In this document: piece after piece, positions 27,186-37,096 of the stretch
Layout of the letters: every line of letters begins with the position of its first letter
Position numbering within the stretch: position 1 is the first letter of the stretch
Origin: a virus
Lineage: Duplodnaviria; Caudoviricetes
Length of the DNA: 64,000 nucleotides
Direction: 5' to 3' (one strand)
IMG/VR virus record: IMGVR_UViG_3300012007_000009
Span: 1-64,000 of that record
The notes under the pieces: model-generated
Seen by the model: only the letters and a program-made list of their open reading frames with translations
Database searches by the model: none
Told to the model about the DNA's origin: nothing
Position numbers and translations under genes: made by a program

Positions 27186-27725
27186 ATGACTGAAGGCACA
27201 CTTCTGCGGCGTTTCGCCAAGAGGCTCACACAGTACGACCCGCTCCTCCAGGAAAGGGTCGAGGGACTGTACCACAAGATATTCGAGGGAATCGGGACAA
27301 ACGCCGCCCTCGACGCGCTCAGGGACAAGGTGGGCGATAACAACATGGAGACTGAAGGCGACGGCGTGTTCGGCCTCTCCCAGGCTGCCGGGTTCGACGA
27401 CTCGGCAACGCCGGCGGAAGCGCTCGACAGCGCCATACAGGACGGCGTCGAGGCGGGCAACCTCGACGACTTCGGGACGGCGATACCGGAAGAGACGCTG
27501 CCTCCCACGGAGGATGACTTCGGCCTCGGGGACATGGGCCCGGAGGATGCCGGCATGGACGACCTGTTCGGTGACGATACCGGGGATTCCGGGGACCTCG
27601 GACTGGACGGCCTGGACGACGAGCTGGAGGAAACTGGAGGCGACGATGACCTGGCAGAACCTGAAGGGGAAGCCGGGAAGGAACCGGGAGATTCCGGGGA
27701 AGAACCGGGAGACCTCGGAATATAA
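27186..27725 (+). CDS. Highly acidic low-complexity protein (late-like)
   Basis: ATAAACT upstream; KIFEG followed by D/E/G-rich sequence. Confidence 0.7.
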   Translation: MTEGTLLRRFAKRLTQYDPLLQERVEGLYHKIFEGIGTNAALDALRDKVGDNNMETEGDGVFGLSQAAGFDDSATPAEALDSAIQDGVEAGNLDDFGTAIPEETLPPTEDDFGLGDMGPEDAGMDDLFGDDTGDSGDLGLDGLDDELEETGGDDDLAEPEGEAGKEPGDSGEEPGDLGI

Positions 27726-27750
27726 GAAGTGTTCTATACAAAACAAGAAT

Positions 27751-27776
27751 GCCGGACTGTTATGTCCGGCCTTTTC
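27751..27776. terminator. Intrinsic terminator
   Basis: GCCGGAC-N6-GTCCGGC-CTTTT. Confidence 0.7.
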
Positions 27777-27777
27777 T

Positions 27778-28884
27778 TTAGTTCGCCTGCACGGTCATGT
27801 TAATCTTAGACCGCTGCCGCTGTTCCTTCCTGCGTTCGGCCTTGGCCACGTCGCGTGCCACCTTGCGGGCTTCCTTCTCGCGGATACGCAGTTTCTTCAA
27901 CACGGCCTTGCGGACTTCCTTGTTGTACTCGCGCTTCTCGTCGGATACGTTACCTTCACGCACAAACTTGTCCAGGTCACCTATGACGCGGCCGACCTTG
28001 ACTTCTTCGTCGTTCAATGTATTCAGCGCAGTAAGCCTTGCGGTGGACTGTTCGCGGATTCCCTTGACTTTCTCGTCTATCCGGTCCCACACTCCGTACA
28101 GCGATGAGAAGTTCCCGGTGACATACTTGAGCAATGCCTGGGAAGACATCGGGGACTGGTTCACCTGGCCTTCAGGAATCCACCTGTCGGCCTTCCACGC
28201 CTTTCCCTCGACGAACACGGGAACTATGCGGAACCTGCCGTCTGCTCCCACCTGAACCAGGGTCATGTGCTCGGCGTTTGCGGCCCAGGCGATGCACTTC
28301 CTGCGCTTCCTGCCGTTATCGTCGAATCCAAGACTCACGGTTTCCGGGCACTGGAACACTACGCCCCAGTAGTAGCCGTCGGTATCCTTGGGGGTGACCT
28401 CGCCGAGCTTCGACACGTAGATGTACCCGTTACGGCGTCCACCCACTTCCTCGGACTTCGAATCGGTGGAAATTTTCCAGAAAGCGTCCAGGTTTGGCGA
28501 GCCGTGGTAGACCTGCTCGCTGACAATCTTCCTTGCCTCGACTTCGGACTGCATCAGGTCGATGTACCAACACTTGTCGTCCTCCTGGATAGGATTGTCG
28601 GTATGGTAGAACAGGTTGAGCGTACCGTTGACGAATTCGAGCCAGTCCTTGTCGGTATCGTTCTGGAAGTTATAGCTATCGAACCACTGCTTGTACTTCT
28701 CCTGTGCCTCGGTAGGCAGGTTAACCACGTAGAACATGTTCCTGAACTGGTACGGTGTGTACCCGTATTCCTGGCACTTCTTCACAATCCAGAAGTCGAG
28801 GATTACGTCCTTGTGCGACTTCCACGTGATACCGTCATTGATGTAGTTGACTAGACGGACTCCTGCAATCTTACGCGCTTTCAT
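27778..28884 (-). CDS. Hypothetical protein with basic coiled-coil C-terminus
   Basis: 368-aa ORF; ATAAACT 11 nt upstream. Confidence 0.7.
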   Translation of the reverse strand: MKARKIAGVRLVNYINDGITWKSHKDVILDFWIVKKCQEYGYTPYQFRNMFYVVNLPTEAQEKYKQWFDSYNFQNDTDKDWLEFVNGTLNLFYHTDNPIQEDDKCWYIDLMQSEVEARKIVSEQVYHGSPNLDAFWKISTDSKSEEVGGRRNGYIYVSKLGEVTPKDTDGYYWGVVFQCPETVSLGFDDNGRKRRKCIAWAANAEHMTLVQVGADGRFRIVPVFVEGKAWKADRWIPEGQVNQSPMSSQALLKYVTGNFSSLYGVWDRIDEKVKGIREQSTARLTALNTLNDEEVKVGRVIGDLDKFVREGNVSDEKREYNKEVRKAVLKKLRIREKEARKVARDVAKAERRKEQRQRSKINMTVQAN

Positions 28885-28966
28885 GGCATATACAAGTTTA
28901 TACTCCCCCGCCGGAAGGCCGGAGCATATAAACTACCATCAAACGCATTTTGGAAGGAAACTCCCG

Positions 28967-29908
28967 ATGATTGACATGTACGATTTGCCTACCGAGTCCG
29001 AACTCGGCGAGATTATCATGGAAGCCCAGAAGAAGGACAAGGCCAAGTCCGGAGACCTGGAAGCCGATACCTTCTTCCAGTTCTGGAAGCCCAAGGGACC
29101 ACAGTCCGCCGTCAAGCTCGGCGACAAGACCGGCGTTGTCAAGCCCAAGGTCGACTTCAACCCCGGCGAAGTCCGCATGGACAAGGTCTGGGAGGACTTC
29201 CTTGCAGACAAGAAGGCCAAGGACAAGAAGGCAGCCAAGCCGGTTACCGAAGTCGACAACTTCGGTAGCGTCGTGCTCGACAGCTTCGCCCAGAAGCCGG
29301 ACCCGAAGAAGCTGGTCGGTTCCATCAAGGCGCTGAAGAAGGTTGCCACGAAGGAAATGAGCGGAAAGGTCACCAGCAAGACCGAGGAACTCGGTGTCGC
29401 CCAGTTTGTCACCGCCAGCAAGGCCGCCAACCCGAGCAAGAACAACCTAGTCGGTATCGTGAAGCCGAAGGAAGCCATGGGCAAGCAGAAAATCCCGTCC
29501 CTCATTCCCACCTCCAAGAAGGTGAACGACGTGAGCGGGACGGTCACTACCCTCAAGACCTTCGACGGCAAGCTCCAGGCCACCCCGAACAATGTCGAGG
29601 TGAAGTCCGAGGCGGCCAAGCCGGGCAAGGGCGACCACACCGGCATCGTGAAGGCTAAGTCCGCGATGGGCAAGCAGAAGCTTCCGGGAATCTTCAACGT
29701 ATCCAAGCCGAAGATTAACGATGTCAGCGGGACGGTCACTACCCTCAAGACCTTCGACGGCAAGCTCCAGGCCACCCCCAACAACGTCGAGGTGAAGTCC
29801 GAGGCGGCCAAGCCGGGCAAGGGCGACCACACCGGCATCGTGAAACCGAAGTCCGCCATGAAGGACGGCAAGAAGGTGTTCAAGCCCATCGACGGCTTCA
29901 AGGGGTAA
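28967..29908 (+). CDS. Lys-rich protein with ~64-aa internal repeats
   Basis: ATAAACT upstream; the block NDVSGTVTTLKTFDGKLQATPNNVEVKSEAAKPGKGDHTGIVK is duplicated. Confidence 0.75.
   Translation: MIDMYDLPTESELGEIIMEAQKKDKAKSGDLEADTFFQFWKPKGPQSAVKLGDKTGVVKPKVDFNPGEVRMDKVWEDFLADKKAKDKKAAKPVTEVDNFGSVVLDSFAQKPDPKKLVGSIKALKKVATKEMSGKVTSKTEELGVAQFVTASKAANPSKNNLVGIVKPKEAMGKQKIPSLIPTSKKVNDVSGTVTTLKTFDGKLQATPNNVEVKSEAAKPGKGDHTGIVKAKSAMGKQKLPGIFNVSKPKINDVSGTVTTLKTFDGKLQATPNNVEVKSEAAKPGKGDHTGIVKPKSAMKDGKKVFKPIDGFKG
29453..29860 (+). repeat. Near-identical ~192-nt coding tandem duplication
   Basis: Matching positions at 29525 and 29717. Confidence 0.9.
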
Positions 29909-29914
29909 TACCCG

Positions 29915-30616
29915 ATGTCCGCCGTGCCCCCAGCAAAGGAAACCGTCCGCATCATGCGGCAGGCCCCGGTGCCGGTGCACCAGGGCTTCTGGCGCTGTAC
30001 AGTCGGACCGCTCCCGGTTTCCTGGCACGACGAGGCGCATGACGCCGTGGATACGCCGACCCCGCACACGGCCCCTGTACCGGAGATGATTAACGCACTC
30101 ATCAAGAACTACATCTGCAACGGACTGTCGCAGAGCTTCGAGTTCGAGTACCACTACAAGTTCCGTACCAGGATTCCCACTCAGGAAGACAACCAGTACG
30201 ACGGCGCACTCACGATAACGATGCTAGCCGACCAGGCGTACGAGAACTGGTGGGGCCTCCACAGGTACATGGACACGGTGATGAGCGGGATTACCGGCGG
30301 GTTCCCGATTACCAACATGAACAGCCGTGTATTCGGACTTGACGGCCGGTACAGGAACAGGCTGACGTATATCCCGTACATTGATATCCACTGTGCGGAC
30401 GACAACTCCCAGGAAAGGATGATTGTCAGGTTCAAGCGGTGCCGCATAACTACGCTGTCCGACCTCCAGCCGACACCCGGTTCGGTGGAACCCGTGCCGT
30501 TCAACATAAGCGTCCTGTATGAATTGAAGGAAATCATCAGGCTGCCTGACCCGAACAGCTACATGAGTGCTATATGCGTGAGCAACAGTTCCAACGCGTA
30601 CGACAAGGACCAGTAG
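29915..30616 (+). CDS. Tail tube-fold / baseplate-associated protein
   Basis: Tube-like pattern (LTITM..D..YENW..., FKRC.IT.LSDL, FNISV). Confidence 0.4.
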   Translation: MSAVPPAKETVRIMRQAPVPVHQGFWRCTVGPLPVSWHDEAHDAVDTPTPHTAPVPEMINALIKNYICNGLSQSFEFEYHYKFRTRIPTQEDNQYDGALTITMLADQAYENWWGLHRYMDTVMSGITGGFPITNMNSRVFGLDGRYRNRLTYIPYIDIHCADDNSQERMIVRFKRCRITTLSDLQPTPGSVEPVPFNISVLYELKEIIRLPDPNSYMSAICVSNSSNAYDKDQ

Positions 30617-30627
30617 AGGAATAGGCT

Positions 30628-31770
30628 ATGGCGACCAAGACTAGAAATGGCAAGGTAGAGTCCACTTCGGTTGACTGGCGCTCGGGCGCCCAGGCATCCA
30701 ACATGATGGGCACTACATACCGCAATGCACAGATTGCCAGCAAGGACCACGTAGGCCTCCTCGATTACTATATGCCAAAGTTCTACTCCATGGCCCGCGG
30801 CCATGTCATCAACAAGTACCATGTCGGCCTTTACGGGCCGTATGTCGATGAGGCACTGCGCGTGATGGACCAAAACTCTATAGGCGACAAGTATGACTAT
30901 AACCGGACCAAGCCTTTCCCGGGAACAACGGACAACTTCAGGAAGACGTTGTTCGACCAGTGGCTTTCAATGTGCTACGAGAAGGACACCGGGGTGCTGA
31001 ACATGTTCTGGGCGGCAAAGTCAATATCAATCAACTCGCCTACTGCCACTACGCAGAATGTAATGATGGATACTACCAAATCAATGAGTTATCCGGTCAT
31101 AACATCGATTAGTTGCGAAAACACTATGACCATCGAAGTGATTGATGACCCTTATCTGATGTGGTACAACTTCTTCAATGCGCTTTTCAACGTGCAGTTT
31201 TCCCCACTCTTGCTGAAGCCGCGCAGCACGCTGCAAAAAATCAACGTAATGGTTGAATTGCTTACCGAGGGCATTACTGTCGGGAATTCGATGAAATCAA
31301 TCGAGGAACGCGAGAACGGCAACCCCTGCATGACGGACGCTGTGATTGGACAGATGTTTGAATTCAATTCCTGTATCACGACGAAGTCACCCGCAATCAA
31401 CCCGAATTACGAGAGTTCCAATCCTTACAGCTTCCAGGTAGAATTGGAATACCCAAATGCTTTCCAGGGTACATTCAAGGACCAGATGAGATACCTGAGG
31501 GACAACACGACTCGCGGGGTCGACCCTTCAAAGCAAAAGGCCGGCGGAGAAACCGGTTGTGAACAGTCGCTTAAACCTGCCCGCTGGAATCCATACGGCG
31601 ATTACAATGTGGGGTTCTTCGAGGCTACACGTAAATACTGGATGGATTCATATGACACGGCAAGGTATGAAGCATTCCAGCCAGCGGTATACATGAAGTA
31701 TGCAAGAACCGGGAAATCCGCTTTCCCGAATGTAAAATACAATTACGATATGCATGGAAAGAAACGCTAG
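30628..31770 (+). CDS. Tail tube-fold / baseplate-associated protein
   Basis: AKSISINSP, MTIEVIDD, FQVELEY pattern; position next to the baseplate cluster. Confidence 0.4.
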   Translation: MATKTRNGKVESTSVDWRSGAQASNMMGTTYRNAQIASKDHVGLLDYYMPKFYSMARGHVINKYHVGLYGPYVDEALRVMDQNSIGDKYDYNRTKPFPGTTDNFRKTLFDQWLSMCYEKDTGVLNMFWAAKSISINSPTATTQNVMMDTTKSMSYPVITSISCENTMTIEVIDDPYLMWYNFFNALFNVQFSPLLLKPRSTLQKINVMVELLTEGITVGNSMKSIEERENGNPCMTDAVIGQMFEFNSCITTKSPAINPNYESSNPYSFQVELEYPNAFQGTFKDQMRYLRDNTTRGVDPSKQKAGGETGCEQSLKPARWNPYGDYNVGFFEATRKYWMDSYDTARYEAFQPAVYMKYARTGKSAFPNVKYNYDMHGKKR

Positions 31771-31775
31771 CATAG

Positions 31776-32816
31776 CTATGCCTTAATGAGCGTTTCCATC
31801 CTTTGGCCAAGGTCAAGTTTCTTGTCGCCGTATCGCTCGACCAAGTCGCAATATTGCTTGTGCAGCTTGATGTTTGTCTTGGTTGAAGGTATTTCCGAGA
31901 TGAACTCATCGTATAGCGTAGTTACCGGTTCCGCCATAAATTTCTTGCACTTTCCGTCAAACGACGAAACTGCCCAGCATGAATGCAACGGGGTGTAGTA
32001 TACGCCATCCCTGGAATACCGTATTTCCCGCGGCAGGTTTTCCGGCACGCACCACATCCTGGTCCTGTCGAACCGGCCGGCTATATAATCAAGATACTGG
32101 TCTACCCTGTTGTCCATGATGATGACTTTTCCGGGTATGTCCCGGCTCGTGATATATTTCTTGGCCGTAGCCTGGTCGACCGGAGCAACTGTAACATTGA
32201 ACATGTTCGCCAGTGCCATGCAAATCTCGTGGAACGAGTGGTCGGGCCTGTAGTAATACTCGTTGTAGCTCTCGTTGGCCAGTTCGCCTAGAGGGAACTC
32301 ATAATCGAAGCCATACATGGTGAGGTGTGACAGCTGTGTCCCGCGCCAGCGCGTAATCTGCATCGCCCGGCAAAATGTCTCGATGAACGCGCTCGGCATT
32401 ACGCTTTTCAGCGTAGTAACCAATTTCGACGGCGGGTTTGCCTTGTTGGTAATGACATCCTGTACCTCCGGCTTGGAAAACGCCTCAACGCATTCCTTCC
32501 ACTCGGCCTCGTCAACGAACGCCTTTTTTGACAGGGGATACTGAATTACGCCGTTGGTGCTGTTCTTGATGGCTACCTTGTCGTACGGTATGTAGAAGAA
32601 CCTCGGGTTGGCAAACTCCCTGTATGTTATGAGTCCGGGCAGCAGTATATCCAGCACATCCTTGTACCTGGACGACACGAGGTCGCCGTAATCGTCAAGG
32701 GGTGCGCCGACCGGCGCCGTAGCGAGTAGTTCAACTTCGTTTCCCTGGGATGCCTGGCTGACCGCCTCCATCACCGCATCCATCGTGTACCCAACAATAT
32801 ATACCTTGCCGCTCAT
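31776..32816 (-). CDS. Divergent UDP-galactopyranose mutase (Glf)-like protein
   Basis: Collinear similarity to Glf: VYIVG, QYPL, KVIIMDNRVDQYLDYIAGRF (cf. IIYTGPIDQYFDY.FG.L), NIKLHKQY..L...LGQR. GxGxxG is degenerate. Confidence 0.65.
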   Translation of the reverse strand: MSGKVYIVGYTMDAVMEAVSQASQGNEVELLATAPVGAPLDDYGDLVSSRYKDVLDILLPGLITYREFANPRFFYIPYDKVAIKNSTNGVIQYPLSKKAFVDEAEWKECVEAFSKPEVQDVITNKANPPSKLVTTLKSVMPSAFIETFCRAMQITRWRGTQLSHLTMYGFDYEFPLGELANESYNEYYYRPDHSFHEICMALANMFNVTVAPVDQATAKKYITSRDIPGKVIIMDNRVDQYLDYIAGRFDRTRMWCVPENLPREIRYSRDGVYYTPLHSCWAVSSFDGKCKKFMAEPVTTLYDEFISEIPSTKTNIKLHKQYCDLVERYGDKKLDLGQRMETLIKA

Positions 32817-33244
32817 ATTATAGATGCATCCTTCTGTATAAATGGTAAAATGTACTTTTCTAGCCAGTATTCATCCGGGAACTCAAATATCATGTCGATG
32901 ACCTTCCCCTCGCCATCGGTGAATATGTTCACCGGTGCAAAGTCAACATGAATGTCATCAAGTATCGAGCTCGTCGACGCCTCGTCATCCACCACTATGC
33001 GTACTCCCCTCGTGGGGTTTTCGAGAAGACCGTGCTTCCCGAACCAGTTGTACATAGTCTCGATTCCGTGCTTGCATACAGGACATTCGTCCTTGGCGTT
33101 GTAGAAGCTATATACCCACATTATTACCCGTTGGCTGCTGGTAGTGTTCTTGTAGGCATCTAGGCCATATTCCAGCAGCCGGAGGCTCAGCGGTTTATAT
33201 ATTCCGTCTATATCGACCGGTTTTCCACAGCACGGCTTGGGCAT
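32813..33244 (-). CDS. Thioredoxin-fold protein
   Basis: FYNAKDECPVC plus cis-Pro-like FAPVNIF. Confidence 0.6.
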   Translation of the reverse strand: MPKPCCGKPVDIDGIYKPLSLRLLEYGLDAYKNTTSSQRVIMWVYSFYNAKDECPVCKHGIETMYNWFGKHGLLENPTRGVRIVVDDEASTSSILDDIHVDFAPVNIFTDGEGKVIDMIFEFPDEYWLEKYILPFIQKDASII

Positions 33245-33287
33245 GAGTAACTTTCCTGGCTTGTCCTGCAATGTAAACTAGGTCTTT

Positions 33288-33953
33288 TCAGACAGAAACG
33301 GAACCCTTGAACAGGCCGCGCGTGTTTTCCTCGTTGAATATCATCCAGTTTACCGAATGCCGCTTGCACCATGCCTCGGCAGCGGCCCACTTGGCATAGT
33401 TGGTCGCCACATCCAGACTCTTTCTCTGGTAGGTTGCCATTCTGCGCTGGTAGGAGGCTATCTTCTTCTGGTCCTGGCAACCCTGCGGAAGGGGTTTCGG
33501 CGGGACCGGGACAACGGAATATGCTACCGGCTTAATCTCAACAAGCCACTTCTCGACATGGCCGTCATCATACGCTATCTCCAAGTATATATCGGGCTTG
33601 TACAGTGACTGTTTCATATATACCGGGGAACTGTACGGTATGTCGAATGGCTCATATGCCCATTTCAGCACACGCTCGTTCCCGTCGCATAGCACACAAA
33701 ACCGCCGTTCCCAGTCCGACTTGTAATTCACCACTATATCCGGGACTTCCGCTTCCGTGCCATCCGGCATCGTGCGGCGAACCATGGTAACCTTGGTATC
33801 GGGTAGCCGCATGTACTTGTCCGGGTTAATCACGTGGTACGAACCCTTCCGGCAATCGCTGTAGTAACTGTGCTTCCGGCTCCTTATGAGCTTTGGCCGA
33901 GACTCGGTATCCGTCCCGGCCGAACTGACTGACTTCCTGCTCCGCCTACCCAT
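33288..33953 (-). CDS. Head completion nuclease (T4 gp4 / TnsA N-terminal-like)
   Basis: NPDKY, YKSDWERRF, KWAYEP..IPY, YKPD, LVEIKP, NYAKW.AA. Confidence 0.85.
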   Translation of the reverse strand: MGRRSRKSVSSAGTDTESRPKLIRSRKHSYYSDCRKGSYHVINPDKYMRLPDTKVTMVRRTMPDGTEAEVPDIVVNYKSDWERRFCVLCDGNERVLKWAYEPFDIPYSSPVYMKQSLYKPDIYLEIAYDDGHVEKWLVEIKPVAYSVVPVPPKPLPQGCQDQKKIASYQRRMATYQRKSLDVATNYAKWAAAEAWCKRHSVNWMIFNEENTRGLFKGSVSV

Positions 33954-33956
33954 AAG

Positions 33957-35849
33957 CTATCCCGCGGTTGCGTACATCCTGGAGTAATAGTCAGCCAAGC
34001 TTTCCCCGTTTCTCTGGGATGTCCAGATGATGTTCTGTATGCGCAATACGCGCGCCTTCTCGTAATCCGATTCAACGGAGTAGTTGGCCAGGCGTTCTTC
34101 CTCGTCCATTTTTACCGGGGCCCTCCCGGTAGGCTTCGGGAAATTGGTTTCGAAACCGCCGTTGAAGTTTGCATCCAGCCCACTGGACTTCCCGCGTACA
34201 TCACGCAAAGCCTTGACGGTATTGTTGCTAATCTTAAAGAGTCCGGCAAACCGCAGGAACTGGTACCACTTTTCGGTAAAGTAGGAATCCTCCTCGCACC
34301 CATCCGCTATTGACAACCCGATTGCCCTGAGCGACTCATCCTCCTGTGATGTCAGCGGCTGCTTTCCCACATTTATGTCGTTCTCCCTATCCGGGGAATC
34401 GGTAAACTCGGCAGCATCGCGTACCGGGTCAGTTTCGGTCAGGCTCTTGCCTTCCTGCCCATTACGGAATAGGTCGACATTCCACGCGATACCTCCGGTA
34501 CCGTCAAGGCCGTACGTAACCTTTGCCACGGAGACTTTATTCTTGGCGCGGCTGTTACATGTGCGCAGCCTGTCATACAGGTCATCCCACATGCCCGCCA
34601 GCTCATCGAGAGTATACCCGTCCCCGTTCTCGCTGTATCCCGCATCGTATGCGCTGTCGGCACGCATACAGCACAGATAGATATCGGCCTCGAACGCACG
34701 GTTCCAGAATTCCCCGGTCAGCTGCAGTTCCTCGTTGAATTTCTTTACCTTGTTCTTGATTCGCTCGGACAATGCCGGACACGGATACTCAAGGCAGTTT
34801 ACCCACATTTTCATGCTTTCCATCATGTCCAGTATGCTCATGGTGTATACCGTCTTGCCATCGTCGACTTCCTTTGTATATAAAAGGAGACAGTCGAGAT
34901 GCGACGTCCTTAGCGGGGAAATCAGGAAAGTCACATCCCATTTCTTACGCAAGAACATGGCATACTGCTTGATAAGCCAGCGGAACGGATATATGAACAG
35001 GGTAAACAGGCTATCTATCGCGAGGCTTATTGCGTCAAACATCAGCACCAGGTATTGCTTGATGTAATCATCCATTATGGCACTCAGCCCGGTGGCCAGA
35101 TTCAAACCGTCGATAAACCAGAATTTATCCCGAATGCAGAATATCACCCTATCCGGCTGGTCGGATATGTTATTCCCGTCGGCATCCTCGTCACAACCGG
35201 TTACATATGCGACAAACCGGCATACGCACGGGCACTCCCTCAGGAATCCCTCTAGTGAATCCCAGTCGAAATTAAGAGAAATCTTCAGTGCGTCGGTAAG
35301 GAACTTTTCAATCATGTCATATACATCCAGGATGCACTGCAGTACGGCATCGGTCAGCGCCTTCAGGGCGGATTGCATGCGTTCCCTGGCAGTATCTATC
35401 TTGTCGAATAACGCAAAGGCCGCCTTCGCTATCATTTCCAGCCAGGAATTCACCGTGCCGAATATCGAGGCCACCACGTCGCATATCTTCTTGGTAACAG
35501 AATTGTTCTGTACGAAGTCGCCGATGGCAACCCCGGTGGAAATAGAATTTATCGCGCTTATTACCGAGTCAATTCCTTCACCAACGGTCTTCAGGCCCGG
35601 GCATACCTTATACATCCATTCAAGGAGGTGTTCGGAACAGTCGTATTGGTACAGCGACGTTGCCGCGGCGTCAACCTTTCCCGCCGCACGAATGACAGAG
35701 TCAAGGAAATCACCATCGTCTTCCTCGGTAGTTGCGGTTAGGGAATTTGTCGCGACGTCAGTATCGCGCGTGACCTGCTTTCCGTTACTCCCCTCGCCTC
35801 CGGCATAGTTCGCACCATTTATTACTTCTTCGCAAGTCTTGACAGCCAT
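33957..35849 (-). CDS. Cys-rich helical hypothetical protein in the baseplate operon
   Basis: 630-aa ORF with many Cys; coupled to the upstream gene. Confidence 0.65.
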   Translation of the reverse strand: MAVKTCEEVINGANYAGGEGSNGKQVTRDTDVATNSLTATTEEDDGDFLDSVIRAAGKVDAAATSLYQYDCSEHLLEWMYKVCPGLKTVGEGIDSVISAINSISTGVAIGDFVQNNSVTKKICDVVASIFGTVNSWLEMIAKAAFALFDKIDTARERMQSALKALTDAVLQCILDVYDMIEKFLTDALKISLNFDWDSLEGFLRECPCVCRFVAYVTGCDEDADGNNISDQPDRVIFCIRDKFWFIDGLNLATGLSAIMDDYIKQYLVLMFDAISLAIDSLFTLFIYPFRWLIKQYAMFLRKKWDVTFLISPLRTSHLDCLLLYTKEVDDGKTVYTMSILDMMESMKMWVNCLEYPCPALSERIKNKVKKFNEELQLTGEFWNRAFEADIYLCCMRADSAYDAGYSENGDGYTLDELAGMWDDLYDRLRTCNSRAKNKVSVAKVTYGLDGTGGIAWNVDLFRNGQEGKSLTETDPVRDAAEFTDSPDRENDINVGKQPLTSQEDESLRAIGLSIADGCEEDSYFTEKWYQFLRFAGLFKISNNTVKALRDVRGKSSGLDANFNGGFETNFPKPTGRAPVKMDEEERLANYSVESDYEKARVLRIQNIIWTSQRNGESLADYYSRMYATAG

Positions 35850-37096
35850 CAGTAAGTACCCTCCAGTGACTTCAAGTTGGTGTATGCCAGGAACCTGATG
35901 TCGACGGGGTTCGACGGCATGTATGCTATGACTTCAATTTCATCCAGCTTCCCGGCCTGCTTCACGTGGTTGACTACATCGAGGAATTTTTCCATCTGGT
36001 AATCATTTATGTTACCGTCGCCGTAGAATACGATACTTACCGCATCCATGCTTGGCTTGCCACGCATATCGGACCCAAGGGTCGCATCGAACGTGATGTC
36101 GGCGCACTGGACGAAACCTCGGTTGGTTGCCTTGGACTTGTCTTCCAGTGTCGCCAGTACATCGGGGTCGCCATCGGCTACACCGATGAGATAATGTGCG
36201 CAGTTCTTGGCACTGTCATCGGTGTAGTTTGACAATATTTCGGCCAACGGGGTTGTCAACCCGGTCGCCGACAGTATAATGCGCTTGTTTACCTTTGCAC
36301 TGCGCGACTTGGCTGCCGGTGATTCCATGAACGGGATTTCGTAAGTGCTGGACCTACCGACTATCTCCTTACGCTGCTGGCCATCAATTTCGGCATCCTT
36401 GGTTCCTTCTACCGCCGTTCCCGTAGAGCCACCGTTACCGCGCAACGTGTCGATGGTGGACCTGGAAATATGCGGCACCCGGAGATATTCCGAGCCGGAA
36501 CGCAGGGCGTTCTCGGCACTTCCCACCGGCTTGCACGTAAATATGTCTATCGTGGCTTCAGTCAGTACCGACACCGGAGCTATACCGGCCTCGTCGGACG
36601 CATTGGCCGAGTTCAGTACAACTTCCCCGGCGGCATTCCAGGAAATCTCTGAATTGTTGCCGGGGTTCCTGGTAGTCGATATGTGTGAGCGCCGATTGTG
36701 CGTATACAGGTACCCGGTTTCGCCCATGTTAAACACGGCAACATCCGGATATTCCCCGACATATTCTTCGGGCAAAAAGTTCTTGGTTGCCGATAGTCCA
36801 AAATACATACCCTGGTTGATATCGCCATCAATGAACTTGACCAGCAGCCAATGTCCCTTCTGCGGGACCTGCTGCATGCCGGTAGTCAATTCCGGGGCAA
36901 ACCAGGGCTGCATTTTATCCGGCCATTTATCGGTTACTCCACTGACCCGAGCCTGTACATGGCCGGCCCTATTCGGGTCAACCGACGTTCCCACAACTTG
37001 CGCATAGTAGCGGGGGGAAGTCAGCGGCCCCGGCTTCTTGTACACAATAGAATAGGCAGTTTCCCATGGAAACTTGAAATCGGGAGACGATATCAT
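35849..37096 (-). CDS. Baseplate hub/spike protein (gp5-like OB fold) with amidase_2-like C-terminal domain
   Basis: DPNRAGHVQARV..PW...VP..G.W..V.F.DGD; then RIIL..., AHYLIG, Q..FL pattern. Confidence 0.65.
   Translation of the reverse strand: MISSPDFKFPWETAYSIVYKKPGPLTSPRYYAQVVGTSVDPNRAGHVQARVSGVTDKWPDKMQPWFAPELTTGMQQVPQKGHWLLVKFIDGDINQGMYFGLSATKNFLPEEYVGEYPDVAVFNMGETGYLYTHNRRSHISTTRNPGNNSEISWNAAGEVVLNSANASDEAGIAPVSVLTEATIDIFTCKPVGSAENALRSGSEYLRVPHISRSTIDTLRGNGGSTGTAVEGTKDAEIDGQQRKEIVGRSSTYEIPFMESPAAKSRSAKVNKRIILSATGLTTPLAEILSNYTDDSAKNCAHYLIGVADGDPDVLATLEDKSKATNRGFVQCADITFDATLGSDMRGKPSMDAVSIVFYGDGNINDYQMEKFLDVVNHVKQAGKLDEIEVIAYMPSNPVDIRFLAYTNLKSLEGTY

Noticed and set aside
29453-29860. Possible CRISPR array or DGR template/variable repeat pair
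   Set aside because: The repeats are in-frame coding duplications with no spacers, no adenine-specific differences and no reverse transcriptase nearby.
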